DNA of 64,000 nucleotides from an uncultured Candidatus Saccharibacteria bacterium (lineage in GTDB: Bacteria; Patescibacteriota; Minisyncoccia; Phycocordibacterales; PALSA-1337): positions 36,376-100,375 of the forward strand of contig CAZMFR010000001.1 in assembly GCA_964565685.1 (NCBI GenBank), read 5' to 3'. The position numbers and the translations under genes were made by a program. Shown one piece after another: positions 10,512 through 19,734 of the stretch. The notes beneath the pieces were generated by a model. That model was given only the letters and a program-made list of their open reading frames with translations, was not told the origin of the DNA and made no database searches. The stretch's first letter is position 1, and the number at the start of each line of letters is the position of its first letter.

Positions 10512-11627
10512 TCACAAATCCAACACTCGCTTTACTTCCTCTATTGTTGTCGCTCCCCACTCGACCTTTTCCGCGGCATGATCGCGCATAGAAACCATGC
10601 CTTTTAGGCGGGCATGCCTGGCTATTTCGACCAATGGCATTCTGGCGGAAATATACGCGCGCAATTCGTCGTCTATCTCGAGAACTTCGGCTATTATAGT
10701 CCGGCCACGATAGCCCTTTTGGAAGCAATATGGACAGCCAAGACCATCGCAGACGTGGCATAGTATTCGTACGAGCCGCTGTGCGATGACAATAGATAGA
10801 GTATGAGCGACAAGATACGGATCGATACCCAGATCGGAAAGCCGCGTCACTGATCCGAGCGCATCATTGGTATGGAGAGTCGAAATGACCAAATGACCAG
10901 TCAAGGCAATATTCGTGGCGATCTCTGCGGTTTCCCTGTCGCGGATCTCTCCGACCATGATCACATCAGGGTCTTGACGCACAAGAGAGCGCAAGCCGTT
11001 TGAAAAATTTATGCCGTGACGATGATCGATCGCGATCTGACGGACACCGTTGATGGCATATTCGATCGGATCCTCGAGAGTGACGATAGATAATGGTTCT
11101 GAAACCAATTGGCGCAACATGGCATACATAGTAGAGGTCTTGCCGCTTCCGGTCGGTCCGGTGACGAGAATGAGCCCCTGATTGCGTGTCAACGCTTCGC
11201 GTATTATGGCTTCATTATCCGGAGAAAAACCGAGCAAAGACAGATCGGCGGTGTTATAGCCGCCGGCCAAAATACGGATAACGGCATTTTCACCGAAATG
11301 AGTCGGGATTATGGATACGCGCATATCAATGGCAGGAGTAGCAGTAGTGATAGGACCTCTGCTGTATGAGAATCGCCCATCCTGAGCCAGCAGATGTATA
11401 TCCGGTCGCAATTTGGCGAGAACTTTTATTCTGGCGATCAATTCCTGATGAAGGGACAGAGGAATAGTCACGCAATGCGTCAAAATACCGTCAATCCTCA
11501 TGCGCACTATCAAACTGCCGTTTTCTGGATCGATATGCACGTCAGAAGCGCCATAAGAAATAGCGTAATCGATGATAGCGTCCAGGGCCTCGGTCGCCTT
11601 TATCCCATGCTGTATGTTTAATTGCAT
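10512..11627 (-). CDS. pilB: type IV pilus assembly ATPase PilB/GspE (short form)
   Basis: ASDVHIDP, QDGR, VTGPTGSGKT, EDPIEY, RQDPDVIMVGEIRD, TLHTN, CxxC-CxxC, GYRGR. Confidence 0.93.
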   Translation of the reverse strand: MQLNIQHGIKATEALDAIIDYAISYGASDVHIDPENGSLIVRMRIDGILTHCVTIPLSLHQELIARIKVLAKLRPDIHLLAQDGRFSYSRGPITTATPAIDMRVSIIPTHFGENAVIRILAGGYNTADLSLLGFSPDNEAIIREALTRNQGLILVTGPTGSGKTSTMYAMLRQLVSEPLSIVTLEDPIEYAINGVRQIAIDHRHGINFSNGLRSLVRQDPDVIMVGEIRDRETAEIATNIALTGHLVISTLHTNDALGSVTRLSDLGIDPYLVAHTLSIVIAQRLVRILCHVCDGLGCPYCFQKGYRGRTIIAEVLEIDDELRAYISARMPLVEIARHARLKGMVSMRDHAAEKVEWGATTIEEVKRVLDL

Positions 11628-11633
11628 GCAATA

Positions 11634-11690
11634 ATCATAGAAAAAAGTTATTAAGAAAAGTTAAAATAGTTATAAAGAAAAGTTAAAGTC
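11634..11690 (-). promoter_or_regulatory. direct-repeat box plus -10 upstream of pilB
   Basis: 11648-11690 matches the 3060-3102 box at 40/43; TATGAT at 11634-11639, 8 nt downstream; ATG 6 nt further. Confidence 0.75.
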
Positions 11691-11889
11691 ATAGGAGACC
11701 TCGCGAGGTGAGGAATCGAATACTTGGAGCTTCCACAATACCAGAGCGCGACGGCGCGAAGCGGGACACATGTATGTATTGCTTTTTGTGATAAATGTGT
11801 TAGTCTGTCGTCTGGCAAAGTTCTTTCCAGCAAGTTCCAAGTGGACTGGGGGAAAATACAAAAACATAAACCAGATAGATCGATCATAT

Positions 11890-12597
11890 ATGGAAAAAAA
11901 CAAGGCAGTCGGAATTGAAAATCAAATCGGCGTCACCGCAATCATTGGATCTCATGGTTGCAAAAGCAATATCATCCTCGAAGGATTGAGCAAAACGGTG
12001 CCCTTTGTCCGAGGATTCTTATTTGCAGACATGGACCAAATAATCAATTGGCGAATGGATCTGCAAGACAAGATGACTGGGTTTTTTGAATTCATCAAAT
12101 ATAATCAGACGATGTTTCAAGAAAATAACCCAAAAGATCCCCAACCGATTAGGCATTTAGTCATGTGCAGTTTTCCTCAGACGAACGACCAGCTCGATCG
12201 TTTGCTCGAGTTCTGCCCTAAATTACGCATCGCTTTCATCGAGCTTCCGAACAACAAGGATGATGAGTCATTCGAGCTCGCAATGGGATTCAAGGAAAAG
12301 CATCGCGACCAGTTCATTTCGGTCAACCATTCGCGGCCGATCCATTACCAGGCCGAGCATATCCTGCGAGGCATGGACATCCTTCCCGCAGAGCGAAATT
12401 CCATGAGGAATTCGATCTTCGCCAAGAATTCGATGGCAAGGGCATTCTTTGACGAAACAAGCCGGCAAAAGCAAAAACCCACGCGGTCATTGTCGGAAGA
12501 TCCGAAATCAAATCATCCGGAAAACAAAACACCCGACGGAGTATCAATGGGCAGGATGTCTCCTGTCGCAAGCATCACAAGGATGACGACTTGCTGA
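11890..12597 (+). CDS. hypothetical protein, degenerate adenylate-kinase-like fold
   Basis: AIIGSHGCKS resembles a decayed P-loop; LVMCSFPQTNDQL resembles the LDGFPRT..Q motif. Confidence 0.5.
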   Translation: MEKNKAVGIENQIGVTAIIGSHGCKSNIILEGLSKTVPFVRGFLFADMDQIINWRMDLQDKMTGFFEFIKYNQTMFQENNPKDPQPIRHLVMCSFPQTNDQLDRLLEFCPKLRIAFIELPNNKDDESFELAMGFKEKHRDQFISVNHSRPIHYQAEHILRGMDILPAERNSMRNSIFAKNSMARAFFDETSRQKQKPTRSLSEDPKSNHPENKTPDGVSMGRMSPVASITRMTTC

Positions 12598-12751
12598 ATA
12601 ATCTTTACTTTACATCGCGCGCATTCTCCTTTTTTATAAGGCGATTGCGCGCTTTTTTCTTGCGCTTTTGGACATATGCGTATGCTAGAAAAATATTGTA
12701 TAATAGACAAAAGGTCGATTAACCATCATTTTACCTTAATCTAAAATACAC

Positions 12752-12955
12752 ATGAACGACGAAAACAAAAAGTCATGCGGTCACCACAAGGTCATGCCGT
12801 GTGCGCTCATCATCATCGGCATCGTGGCCCTTCTCGCAGATTTCAATGTCTTCAGCTGGTCCGTATTTAACATCGTCTGGCCGATCCTAGCGATTATCTT
12901 GGGTATCGCCAAAATGTGCAAGTCGTGCAAGAAATGCGAAGTAAAGCAGGCCTAG
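12752..12955 (+). CDS. small membrane protein with Cys-rich termini (DUF5668-like)
   Basis: two hydrophobic segments, WPILAIILG, C-terminal CKSCKKC; upstream TATAAT. Confidence 0.7.
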   Translation: MNDENKKSCGHHKVMPCALIIIGIVALLADFNVFSWSVFNIVWPILAIILGIAKMCKSCKKCEVKQA

Positions 12956-13156
12956 CTATATTTGCTTTAATTTCAAGAAAGACAAGAACAGCCGCGCGCT
13001 GTTTTTGTTGTACTTCCCTTTTCTTATTTTTTATGCTTTAATAGAACCACCGAGCCCGCGGGCTCTTTTTTATTCCGGCAAGCGAGGAAAAACATGGCTG
13101 TTTGGACATGGCGTTCGAGCATAGTTGGAATATCGCAATCGATAATTTATAAATAC

Positions 13157-14971
13157 ATGGAAATACGCAACATAGCAATAATAGCCCACGTCGACCACGG
13201 CAAGACGACTCTCACCGATGCCATCATGACCCAATGCGGTCATGGAGACGAAGGATCGATGGATTCTAACGCACTCGAACAGGAGCGCGGCATTACGATA
13301 TATGCCAAAAACACTTCAATCGTCTATCCCTCGCCGAGCTCGGGACGTGCCGCCACCAAGATCAACATAGTCGACACGCCAGGCCACGCAGATTTCGGAT
13401 CAGAGGTCGAACGTGTGCTCCGATCCATCGACACCGTCCTCCTAGTCGTCGATGCGCAGGAAGGCCCGATGCCGCAGACGCGTTTCGTACTGAAAAAATC
13501 GCTCGAGCTCGGACTGAAACCGATCGTCGTCATCAACAAAATAGACAAGCAAGCCGCCGATCCTGCCAGAACGTATGAAGAGGTTCTGGAGCTTTTCCTC
13601 GAGCTCGGCGCGCATGATTCTCAGATAGATTTTCCTGTCATATATGCAATCGGTCGCGAAGGCGTGGCAAAGAAAACTTTGAAAGAGAAATTCAAAGACA
13701 TTACCCCCCTTTTGGATACGATACTCGAACACGTGCCGCCGGCAAACAAAGATTCGTCTGCGCCTTTGACTGCGCAGGTCTTCAACCTCGGCTATGATAA
13801 TTTCCTTGGCCGTCTCGCTGTCGCGCGCATTTACGATGGGACGATAAAAGACGGACAAGACGTTTGGATAAAAGACGTGAGCGGTAAATCATTCACTGGA
13901 AAAGTGACAAAATTGTTCACTTTTGACGGCAAGAAGCGCCTAGAAGTGCCGCAGGCCGAATCAGGCGACATCATCACTGTCGCAGGCATTCCAGATATCT
14001 ATATCGGCGAAACAATAGCTGACAACGAATCCACGGCGCCTCTATCCGCCATAAAAGTAGACGAACCGACTATTTCCCTTCAATTCCTCGTCAACAGCTC
14101 CCCTTTTGCCGGTCGCGAAGGAACATATGTCACAGGACGCCAGATCCGCGAGCGCCTGGAGCGAGAGCTCGAGACTAACGTCGGGCTCCGCGTCGATTTT
14201 TCTTCTAACGAATATTTTACCGTCTATGGCCGTGGCGAGCTCCATATCGCTATCCTAATCGAAAATATGCGCCGCGAAGGGTATGAATTGCAAGTCTCCC
14301 AGCCGAAAGTCATTTTGAAGGAAGAGGGTGGCAAGACTCTCGAACCATTCGAAGAGGTCATCATCGATACGCCACAGGAATATTCTGGTGCGATCATTGA
14401 GACATTGGGCAAGAGAAAAGGCATCATGACGAATATGACGACTCACGGAAATCAGTCGCGCCTCGTCTTCGAGATCCCGACGCGAGGATTGCTTGGCTAT
14501 CGCAACGCTTTCACTATCGATACAAAAGGTGAAGGCATCATGTCCAGCCGCTTCATAGAATTCAGACCCCACGCAGGCGAGATCGAAAAACGCGAGACTG
14601 GCTCTATGACGTCCATGGCTAGCGGAAAATCGCTTGGATTTTCTCTTTGGAATCTGCAGGATCGCGGACGCCTGTTCATCGGACCAGCCGTCGAAGTATA
14701 CGAGGGTATGGTCATCGGCGACACGTCCAAGGGCGACGACCTAGACGTCAATCCGACCAAAGGCAAACAGCTATCCAATATGCGCTCTTCCGGCAAGGAT
14801 GAGGCCCTGATGCTCGTACCGCCATTCGAACTCTCCATCGAGCGTGGACTCGAACTAATGCGCGATGATGAGTATCTCGAGATAACGCCGAAATCTATCC
14901 GTCTGCGCAAGAAATTTCTGACCGAGCTCGATCGCGCGAGAGCAAGCAGAAAAGATGGGACTCTGAAGTAA
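13157..14971 (+). CDS. typA: translational GTPase TypA/BipA
   Basis: [46 protein letters not shown]. Confidence 0.97.
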   Translation: MEIRNIAIIAHVDHGKTTLTDAIMTQCGHGDEGSMDSNALEQERGITIYAKNTSIVYPSPSSGRAATKINIVDTPGHADFGSEVERVLRSIDTVLLVVDAQEGPMPQTRFVLKKSLELGLKPIVVINKIDKQAADPARTYEEVLELFLELGAHDSQIDFPVIYAIGREGVAKKTLKEKFKDITPLLDTILEHVPPANKDSSAPLTAQVFNLGYDNFLGRLAVARIYDGTIKDGQDVWIKDVSGKSFTGKVTKLFTFDGKKRLEVPQAESGDIITVAGIPDIYIGETIADNESTAPLSAIKVDEPTISLQFLVNSSPFAGREGTYVTGRQIRERLERELETNVGLRVDFSSNEYFTVYGRGELHIAILIENMRREGYELQVSQPKVILKEEGGKTLEPFEEVIIDTPQEYSGAIIETLGKRKGIMTNMTTHGNQSRLVFEIPTRGLLGYRNAFTIDTKGEGIMSSRFIEFRPHAGEIEKRETGSMTSMASGKSLGFSLWNLQDRGRLFIGPAVEVYEGMVIGDTSKGDDLDVNPTKGKQLSNMRSSGKDEALMLVPPFELSIERGLELMRDDEYLEITPKSIRLRKKFLTELDRARASRKDGTLK

Positions 14972-15068
14972 TAAAAATATTGACACAAAAATCGCTCTAA
15001 AAGGTCGCCTCACCGGCAGCTTTCTTTTTTACTCATTTTGGGAATATAACCAATAGGTTATAAATGAA

Positions 15069-15281
15069 AAGTGCATAAAAACGTTGCCCCGCACCTCTTG
15101 GAGATCTTTTAAAAAAGACTATGGCAAGGTTCCGTCTTCGCTCGTTCGTCTGTCCGCAAGCGGTCACGCCGCTCCTCAATAAGCATATTAGCCCGAGACA
15201 TGAACCTGCTGGTTCACCTACTGGGTCGCTAGCCGGAATAAACCATAAGTAACGCTCCACAGTGGAGAGATTCTTGCACTT
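15069..15281 (-). ncRNA. candidate rod-shaped structured RNA (6S-like)
   Basis: closing stem AAGTGCA/TGCACTT, inner TATGG..TTCCG/CGGAA..CCATA helix, TGAACC-N4-GGTTCA hairpin; G-U pairs favour the minus strand. Confidence 0.5.
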
Positions 15282-15405
15282 GTGATATTGGATTAAAAAT
15301 TAATCCAATAATTAGGCCCGCTCTTTAATATCCCTCGACCGTCTATTCATCACTTCAAAAAGTCGACAAGAAAGTTGTCAACTTTTACCGATACCAAAAA
15401 AGAAG

Positions 15406-15434
15406 AAACCCCGGGCCGCAAAGCGAGGGGTTTT
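15406..15434. terminator. intrinsic terminator
   Basis: AAACCCC..GC-rich..GGGGTTTTT inverted repeat downstream of the 15446-15943 gene. Confidence 0.6.
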
Positions 15435-15445
15435 TGGTGAACTGG

Positions 15446-15943
15446 TTATTTTTCAACCAATTCAATTTGAGGTGATTCCACAAAGGCACGATACTGATCC
15501 AAAATCAATGTGTGCCTTTCAAGAAGTTTCTGTTGGAGCGGGCCAAAAACCAGCTTGATGAGTTCTGGTTTCAATGCTATTCCCTTATTAAGGGCCGCGA
15601 TCGTCAGTTTTTTCTCGAAAGAATACGTATCGTTCGGCGAAACCAGAACGTGGTTTTTAATAATTGTTTCGCCACCAAACATTTCGAAGCCCCCAGAAAG
15701 ATCCCAGACGAATTCTTCCTTTTTCGGTTTCGGCAAAAAGGAGATCGCCCGAACCACTCTGAACTTTTCAAGAGAGACCTTCCCATTCACATCAAAAGGA
15801 TTCTCAAAAGAGATATCTTTGATAGTTCCACGATAAATTACCGGGCCGTTCGCCTCGGAGACTTGAAATTCATTCTTCAAGTCTTCAAAACGATCAATCC
15901 GGCTAGTTAAGCTTTTCATAATTTCAATTTTCATTTCTTCCAC
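15446..15943 (-). CDS. hypothetical protein
   Basis: 165-aa ORF, GTG start preceded by GAGGA; upstream TTGACA promoter near 16071-16076. Confidence 0.65.
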   Translation of the reverse strand: MEEMKIEIMKSLTSRIDRFEDLKNEFQVSEANGPVIYRGTIKDISFENPFDVNGKVSLEKFRVVRAISFLPKPKKEEFVWDLSGGFEMFGGETIIKNHVLVSPNDTYSFEKKLTIAALNKGIALKPELIKLVFGPLQQKLLERHTLILDQYRAFVESPQIELVEK

Positions 15944-16105
15944 TCCTCACCTTACTCCTCCCTTCCCGCACTCGCGAAAAAGAAGCCGTGAAGCAAAGCA
16001 TGGAATCGCCTTTTCAAAGGGCTTTGCTGACGTTTACTGCTTTCGGCAAATTAGCATGAGGGTTGTAGTTTGTCAAGGATTCTTTAATTTTCCACAAGAT
16101 TCTTC

Positions 16106-16134
16106 TTGACGAGGAAGAAGTAATGAAATATCAT
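16106..16134 (+). promoter_or_regulatory. sigma70 promoter for small RNA
   Basis: TTGACG-N17-TATCAT with no ORF downstream. Confidence 0.75.
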
Positions 16135-16140
16135 TATGTG

Positions 16141-16225
16141 GACGCTTGGAAGGGTTCGCCCTCTCACGGCTTTCCGCTGTAGCCAGGCGCCGATAAAAAA
16201 CACCACCCCTGCGGTGGCGTTTTTT
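16141..16225 (+). ncRNA. candidate small RNA convergent with nuclease-toxin gene
   Basis: CGCTTGG/CCAGGCG stem enclosing AGGG-TTCG-CCCT and ACGGC-TTTCC-GCTGT hairpins, then terminator CACCAC..GTGGCGTTTTTT. Confidence 0.65.
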
Positions 16226-16700
16226 AGTCCAATTCAGGATCACCATAAGAGAGTGTACGCGTATCCATCAGCTTGCCGCGCGTCCAAAATGGGATAATGC
16301 TCCAAAATAATTTCTGACTAGCTTCAATTTGTTTTACGACGATACGCATACGTTTTTCTTCAAGAACAGCGATGAATTCATAATACAAAACGGGCTTTAA
16401 AACGCATTCATTTCGAGAATTGATACGCATCCATTCAAAATTCATTCGTCGGCTAACCCCTTGAAGGGTATGGGAAAGGGTCAAAATCTGTGGAGCAAAA
16501 TGAAAAAGTTTGAATCTCATGAATTGATCGCGAATCGGCCTCATGACGTTCCTCTTTTTGAAGCTTAAATGTTCAAGTCCTTGCGCGTTAAACGAAACCT
16601 TCTCCTTGAGATATGGGCAATACACTTCGCCGAGGATTTTGTAGAGTTCCTCGGCGCTTTGTTTTACGGTATCGAATTGTTCATCCGTGAAATCCATCAC
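16224..16700 (-). CDS. putative BECR/PBECR (RelE-like) ribonuclease
   Basis: VYCPYLKEKVSFNAQGLEHLSFK, DQFMRFKL, YYEFIAV, RIVVKQ, FWSIIPFW resemble PBECR-type nuclease families (inference). Confidence 0.6.
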   Translation of the reverse strand: MMDFTDEQFDTVKQSAEELYKILGEVYCPYLKEKVSFNAQGLEHLSFKKRNVMRPIRDQFMRFKLFHFAPQILTLSHTLQGVSRRMNFEWMRINSRNECVLKPVLYYEFIAVLEEKRMRIVVKQIEASQKLFWSIIPFWTRGKLMDTRTLSYGDPELD

Positions 16701-16873
16701 TTTTTAGGGTCAGTGTCGGCGAAGAATTCATCAAATACTTTCTTTAAATAATCCGCCGCGGGCTTTGAACACTTTGAGCAAAAGTCTTTTTTGTCGAAAC
16801 TAAAATCATTGGAGATACTGACAGAGCTCCTTCCAAGCTGTTTCTTGCATGAATCGCATATTTTCTTGATCAT
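16697..16873 (-). CDS. small zinc-ribbon protein
   Basis: ICDSCKK...FCSKCSK; stop overlaps the start of the next gene. Confidence 0.7.
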   Translation of the reverse strand: MIKKICDSCKKQLGRSSVSISNDFSFDKKDFCSKCSKPAADYLKKVFDEFFADTDPKK

Positions 16874-16909
16874 TGATGAAAAAATTAGACTTATAATGAT
16901 TAATAATCG

Positions 16910-17253
16910 CAATTCACCGACTGATCTGGGAAGATGAGATTATGGTTTACTCGCCATCGAGGGGTTATTTCAGCTTTTATTTTTGATGCTATCCAGGCCT
17001 ACCCGGAATCACATGGACTGGCGATTAACCGACGCCGCTTGTCCGACATATTCAGCGTACTCGAACAGACTGCACCTGCCAAAGCGCGCTTGGGTGAATA
17101 TGGGGTGATTCAGTTTATCTGCACCCGCCTTGTGGACAATACATAGTATTTACCTCGAGACTGCCCTACTCGGCCCTGATGCCTTTCGTGACATGCCTTA
17201 TCTCCTTGTTCTAAGAGATTTTTCGGCCACTTCCCAAACCAATCGACGAATTG
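16910..17253 (-). ncRNA. large structured RNA, raiA-motif-like (expanded)
   Basis: 24-bp closing helix 17253-17230/16933-16910 with five G-U pairs on the minus strand, many nested helices, ordered raiA-like segments. Confidence 0.75.
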
Positions 17254-17355
17254 TCTTGCATTTTCTCGAGCAGTATCAGTAGAGATGGGGTGGATACCGC
17301 AAACATTTCTACGCCGCGAGTGTTAAAGCGTTCAAAAATACTTTAGCGTGCGTTA

Positions 17356-17383
17356 ATTATATCAAGTACAAAATTCTTTGCAA
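17356..17383 (-). promoter_or_regulatory. sigma70 promoter of the large RNA
   Basis: TTGCAA-N16-TATAAT with extended -10 TG. Confidence 0.75.
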
Positions 17384-17435
17384 TTATTTTTTGTGAACAA
17401 CCCGCGTAGCGGAGCAGTGGTCGCATGACCAAAAA

Positions 17436-18281
17436 TCAAAACTCCCCTATCTTCGTCCTCTCTATCGAAAGCGCGAACGTCGCCGTGCCTGCTTCCCTGC
17501 CGATCCGCTCTGCCAAGCTGCGCATATAGGTGCCGCTTCCACACGACACGCGAAGCTTGATGACGAGAAAATTCTCTGCACCGTGCTCGCTTTCAAACTT
17601 CTTCCAACCTTCGATTATTTCCTTTTGACGAAAATCACCATTCACTTTTGAGACATTCTCGATCGCCCGTTCGGCAAGATCATTGCCACCGATAAAGTCA
17701 AGCTGTTTTTTAGCGCGATTTCTTCCTTTATCCATTCCTTTTCTTGCCAATTCTTCTATTGAATAAATCTCTACCTCTTTCGTCGGCATCTCGTCAGGCA
17801 ATTCACCGCTTCTAGCAAGGTCATGCAAATGACGCTTTTTACCGAGATGGAATCTTTCCGATATTTTATCTTGTACTTGTCCAAGATCAGATCTTGGACA
17901 GACAGTTTTCGACGAATACGCAGGATAGACCTGCGTGAACTTGCCGCAGAATTTTGTCCAAGGGTAGCCCTTGGATACAAGCCCTTCGGAATAGGTCATG
18001 GCATGGGTCTGCCGATCCACCTGTGTTATAAGCCCCAGCGCGTCGCCCGTATCCGTCCCGACGCCAAATAGCACCTCGATCTCGTATTCCTTGTCCAAAC
18101 CGAGATATTTTTCCTTTTCCTTACATTCTTCACCGATGAGCAATAAAAGCTTGCCGCTCGCCAACGGATCGAGCCGCCCGGCGTATGTCATCGGCACATT
18201 TACATCGATCCATTTTTCGCGCCGCGTCCTTTCAAGGCATTCAAGCGGCGTCTCGCCTACTGATTTATTAACCACAAGCAT
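17436..18281 (-). CDS. truB: tRNA pseudouridine synthase TruB-like
   Basis: NKSVGETP, YAGRLDPLASG, KEYE, PAYSS, CGSGTYMRSLA; contains palindromic insertions. Confidence 0.85.
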   Translation of the reverse strand: MLVVNKSVGETPLECLERTRREKWIDVNVPMTYAGRLDPLASGKLLLLIGEECKEKEKYLGLDKEYEIEVLFGVGTDTGDALGLITQVDRQTHAMTYSEGLVSKGYPWTKFCGKFTQVYPAYSSKTVCPRSDLGQVQDKISERFHLGKKRHLHDLARSGELPDEMPTKEVEIYSIEELARKGMDKGRNRAKKQLDFIGGNDLAERAIENVSKVNGDFRQKEIIEGWKKFESEHGAENFLVIKLRVSCGSGTYMRSLAERIGREAGTATFALSIERTKIGEF

Positions 18282-18326
18282 ATTGAAAATTCAAGCGCCG
18301 TCGATTTTTTATTTAAATCTTTGCCG

Positions 18327-19292
18327 TTATTTCACTTCCGTCCTCCACTCCTTGTATTCTCTGCTCGTGCCTTTTTGCGCAGCGAGATATTTTTCAGCTA
18401 TATCCGAGACAAAAGAATTCTTTTTCCCGGCGCCATTTTTTCCGGCTCTATCATTGCCATTTCCGACAGGTCTCTTGTCTATCGAGAGTATCGGCACGAT
18501 GCGCGCTGACGAGCCGCAAATAAACGCCTCATCGGCTATGTAAAGCTCGGTGCGATCCACCTGGCGCTCTTCAATCTCGATCCCGAGATCTTTGGCTATC
18601 GCGATGATGCTGTTGCGAGTGATGCCTTCCAGAATATCTGACGAAACAGAAGGTGTAATCAGTTTGCCATTGCGCGCGAGAAAAAGATTCGCCACCGTGC
18701 CTTCGGTGACATGACCGGAGTGGTCGAGGGCGATGGCATCGTCATAGCCGTTCTGCAAGGCCTCATTTTTCATCAAACAGTTGCTGACGTATGCTCCGTT
18801 GACCTTTGCGCGATTAGGAACTGAATCATCTGGATTGTGCCGCCATGACGACACGCAGACGTTGATGCCTTTTGGATCGAGTATCTTTCCGAGCGGATAG
18901 ACGAAAGCGCTCAGAGAAACCGGCAAGCCGGTGATCTTTGTGCCGGCGATGACGGCATCGATAAAAACAGAGACACGGACCAGAGCGTCTTCCTGGATCT
19001 TGTTTTTACGCACGAGCTCCAGCATGGTCTTCTCGAACTTTTCGTACGGCCATTTTTTTTCGAACGAATCGAAACCCATTATTTTGGCCGAATTGACGAG
19101 CCGATTGTAATGATCGAGGAGGCGAAAAGCATACAGCTTGCCATCTGTTTCGTTCCAATTTAGGCTAAAAACCGTGTAAACAGCGAGACCGTACAAGACC
19201 GGCGATGAAGCGATGCTAAGGTTTGCTTCCTTGAACGGCACAAATGAATCGCGCATGAATGAGATACCGTTCTCATAGTTGAATTTGCTCAT
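18327..19292 (-). CDS. ilvE: branched-chain amino acid aminotransferase (class IV)
   Basis: FRLLDHYNRL, AKVNGAY, EGTVANLF, ILEGITR, DEAFICGS. Confidence 0.88.
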   Translation of the reverse strand: MSKFNYENGISFMRDSFVPFKEANLSIASSPVLYGLAVYTVFSLNWNETDGKLYAFRLLDHYNRLVNSAKIMGFDSFEKKWPYEKFEKTMLELVRKNKIQEDALVRVSVFIDAVIAGTKITGLPVSLSAFVYPLGKILDPKGINVCVSSWRHNPDDSVPNRAKVNGAYVSNCLMKNEALQNGYDDAIALDHSGHVTEGTVANLFLARNGKLITPSVSSDILEGITRNSIIAIAKDLGIEIEERQVDRTELYIADEAFICGSSARIVPILSIDKRPVGNGNDRAGKNGAGKKNSFVSDIAEKYLAAQKGTSREYKEWRTEVK

Positions 19293-19417
19293 AAAAAATA
19301 GTGTAGCACCTTTTCAACTATAAAAAAAGCTGCCCCGCGAACAGGCAGCTTGTGCAAACTATTTTAAAGTAAAGAAAATTATGTGCTATACTTTTTCAAG
19401 AAAAAGAAAGGAAAATT

Positions 19418-19666
19418 ATGACAGAAAATGAGTTTGTCAGGACGTGTTGTGTTCCTGGTTGTGGCAGAAAGATCACCAACTGCAGCGGATTCGTCGTCGG
19501 AAGAGACATCCTTGCGGCGATGCAAGGAAAAACCAAGGAAGTGCCGCGCGAACTTTGTGGGCGTTGCGGTGTTCTTGCGCTCTTTATGCCTCAACTATTC
19601 TACGCAATCTTCGATCTTCATGACCAAATAAAATGCCTGAAACAACTCCAACCGGCCTCCTCGTGA
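19418..19666 (+). CDS. small Cys-rich hypothetical protein
   Basis: CCVPGC...ELCGRC putative Zn site; AAGGAA upstream; hairpin terminator at 19654-19678. Confidence 0.65.
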   Translation: MTENEFVRTCCVPGCGRKITNCSGFVVGRDILAAMQGKTKEVPRELCGRCGVLALFMPQLFYAIFDLHDQIKCLKQLQPASS

Positions 19667-19734
19667 GGCCGTCTTTTTTATCCAACAAAAGGTGACAGCT
19701 TGGTAAAATCGTGGTTTCTTGCTACAATATCCAC

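Noticed and set aside
16934-17146. 70-aa plus-strand ORF (and the 75-aa ORF at 15033-15260)
   Set aside because: No protein features; better explained as shadows over structured RNAs
17176-17228. Hammerhead ribozyme suggested by CTGATG and GAAA
   Set aside because: CUGAUGA is incomplete and the two motifs lie on opposite strands
16910-17253. RNase P RNA, tmRNA, SRP RNA or group I/II intron identity for the large RNA
   Set aside because: No GAGGAAAGUCC/P4 partner, no tRNA-like ends with T-loop and CCA, no SRP domain IV motif, no intron domain V or P7 signature
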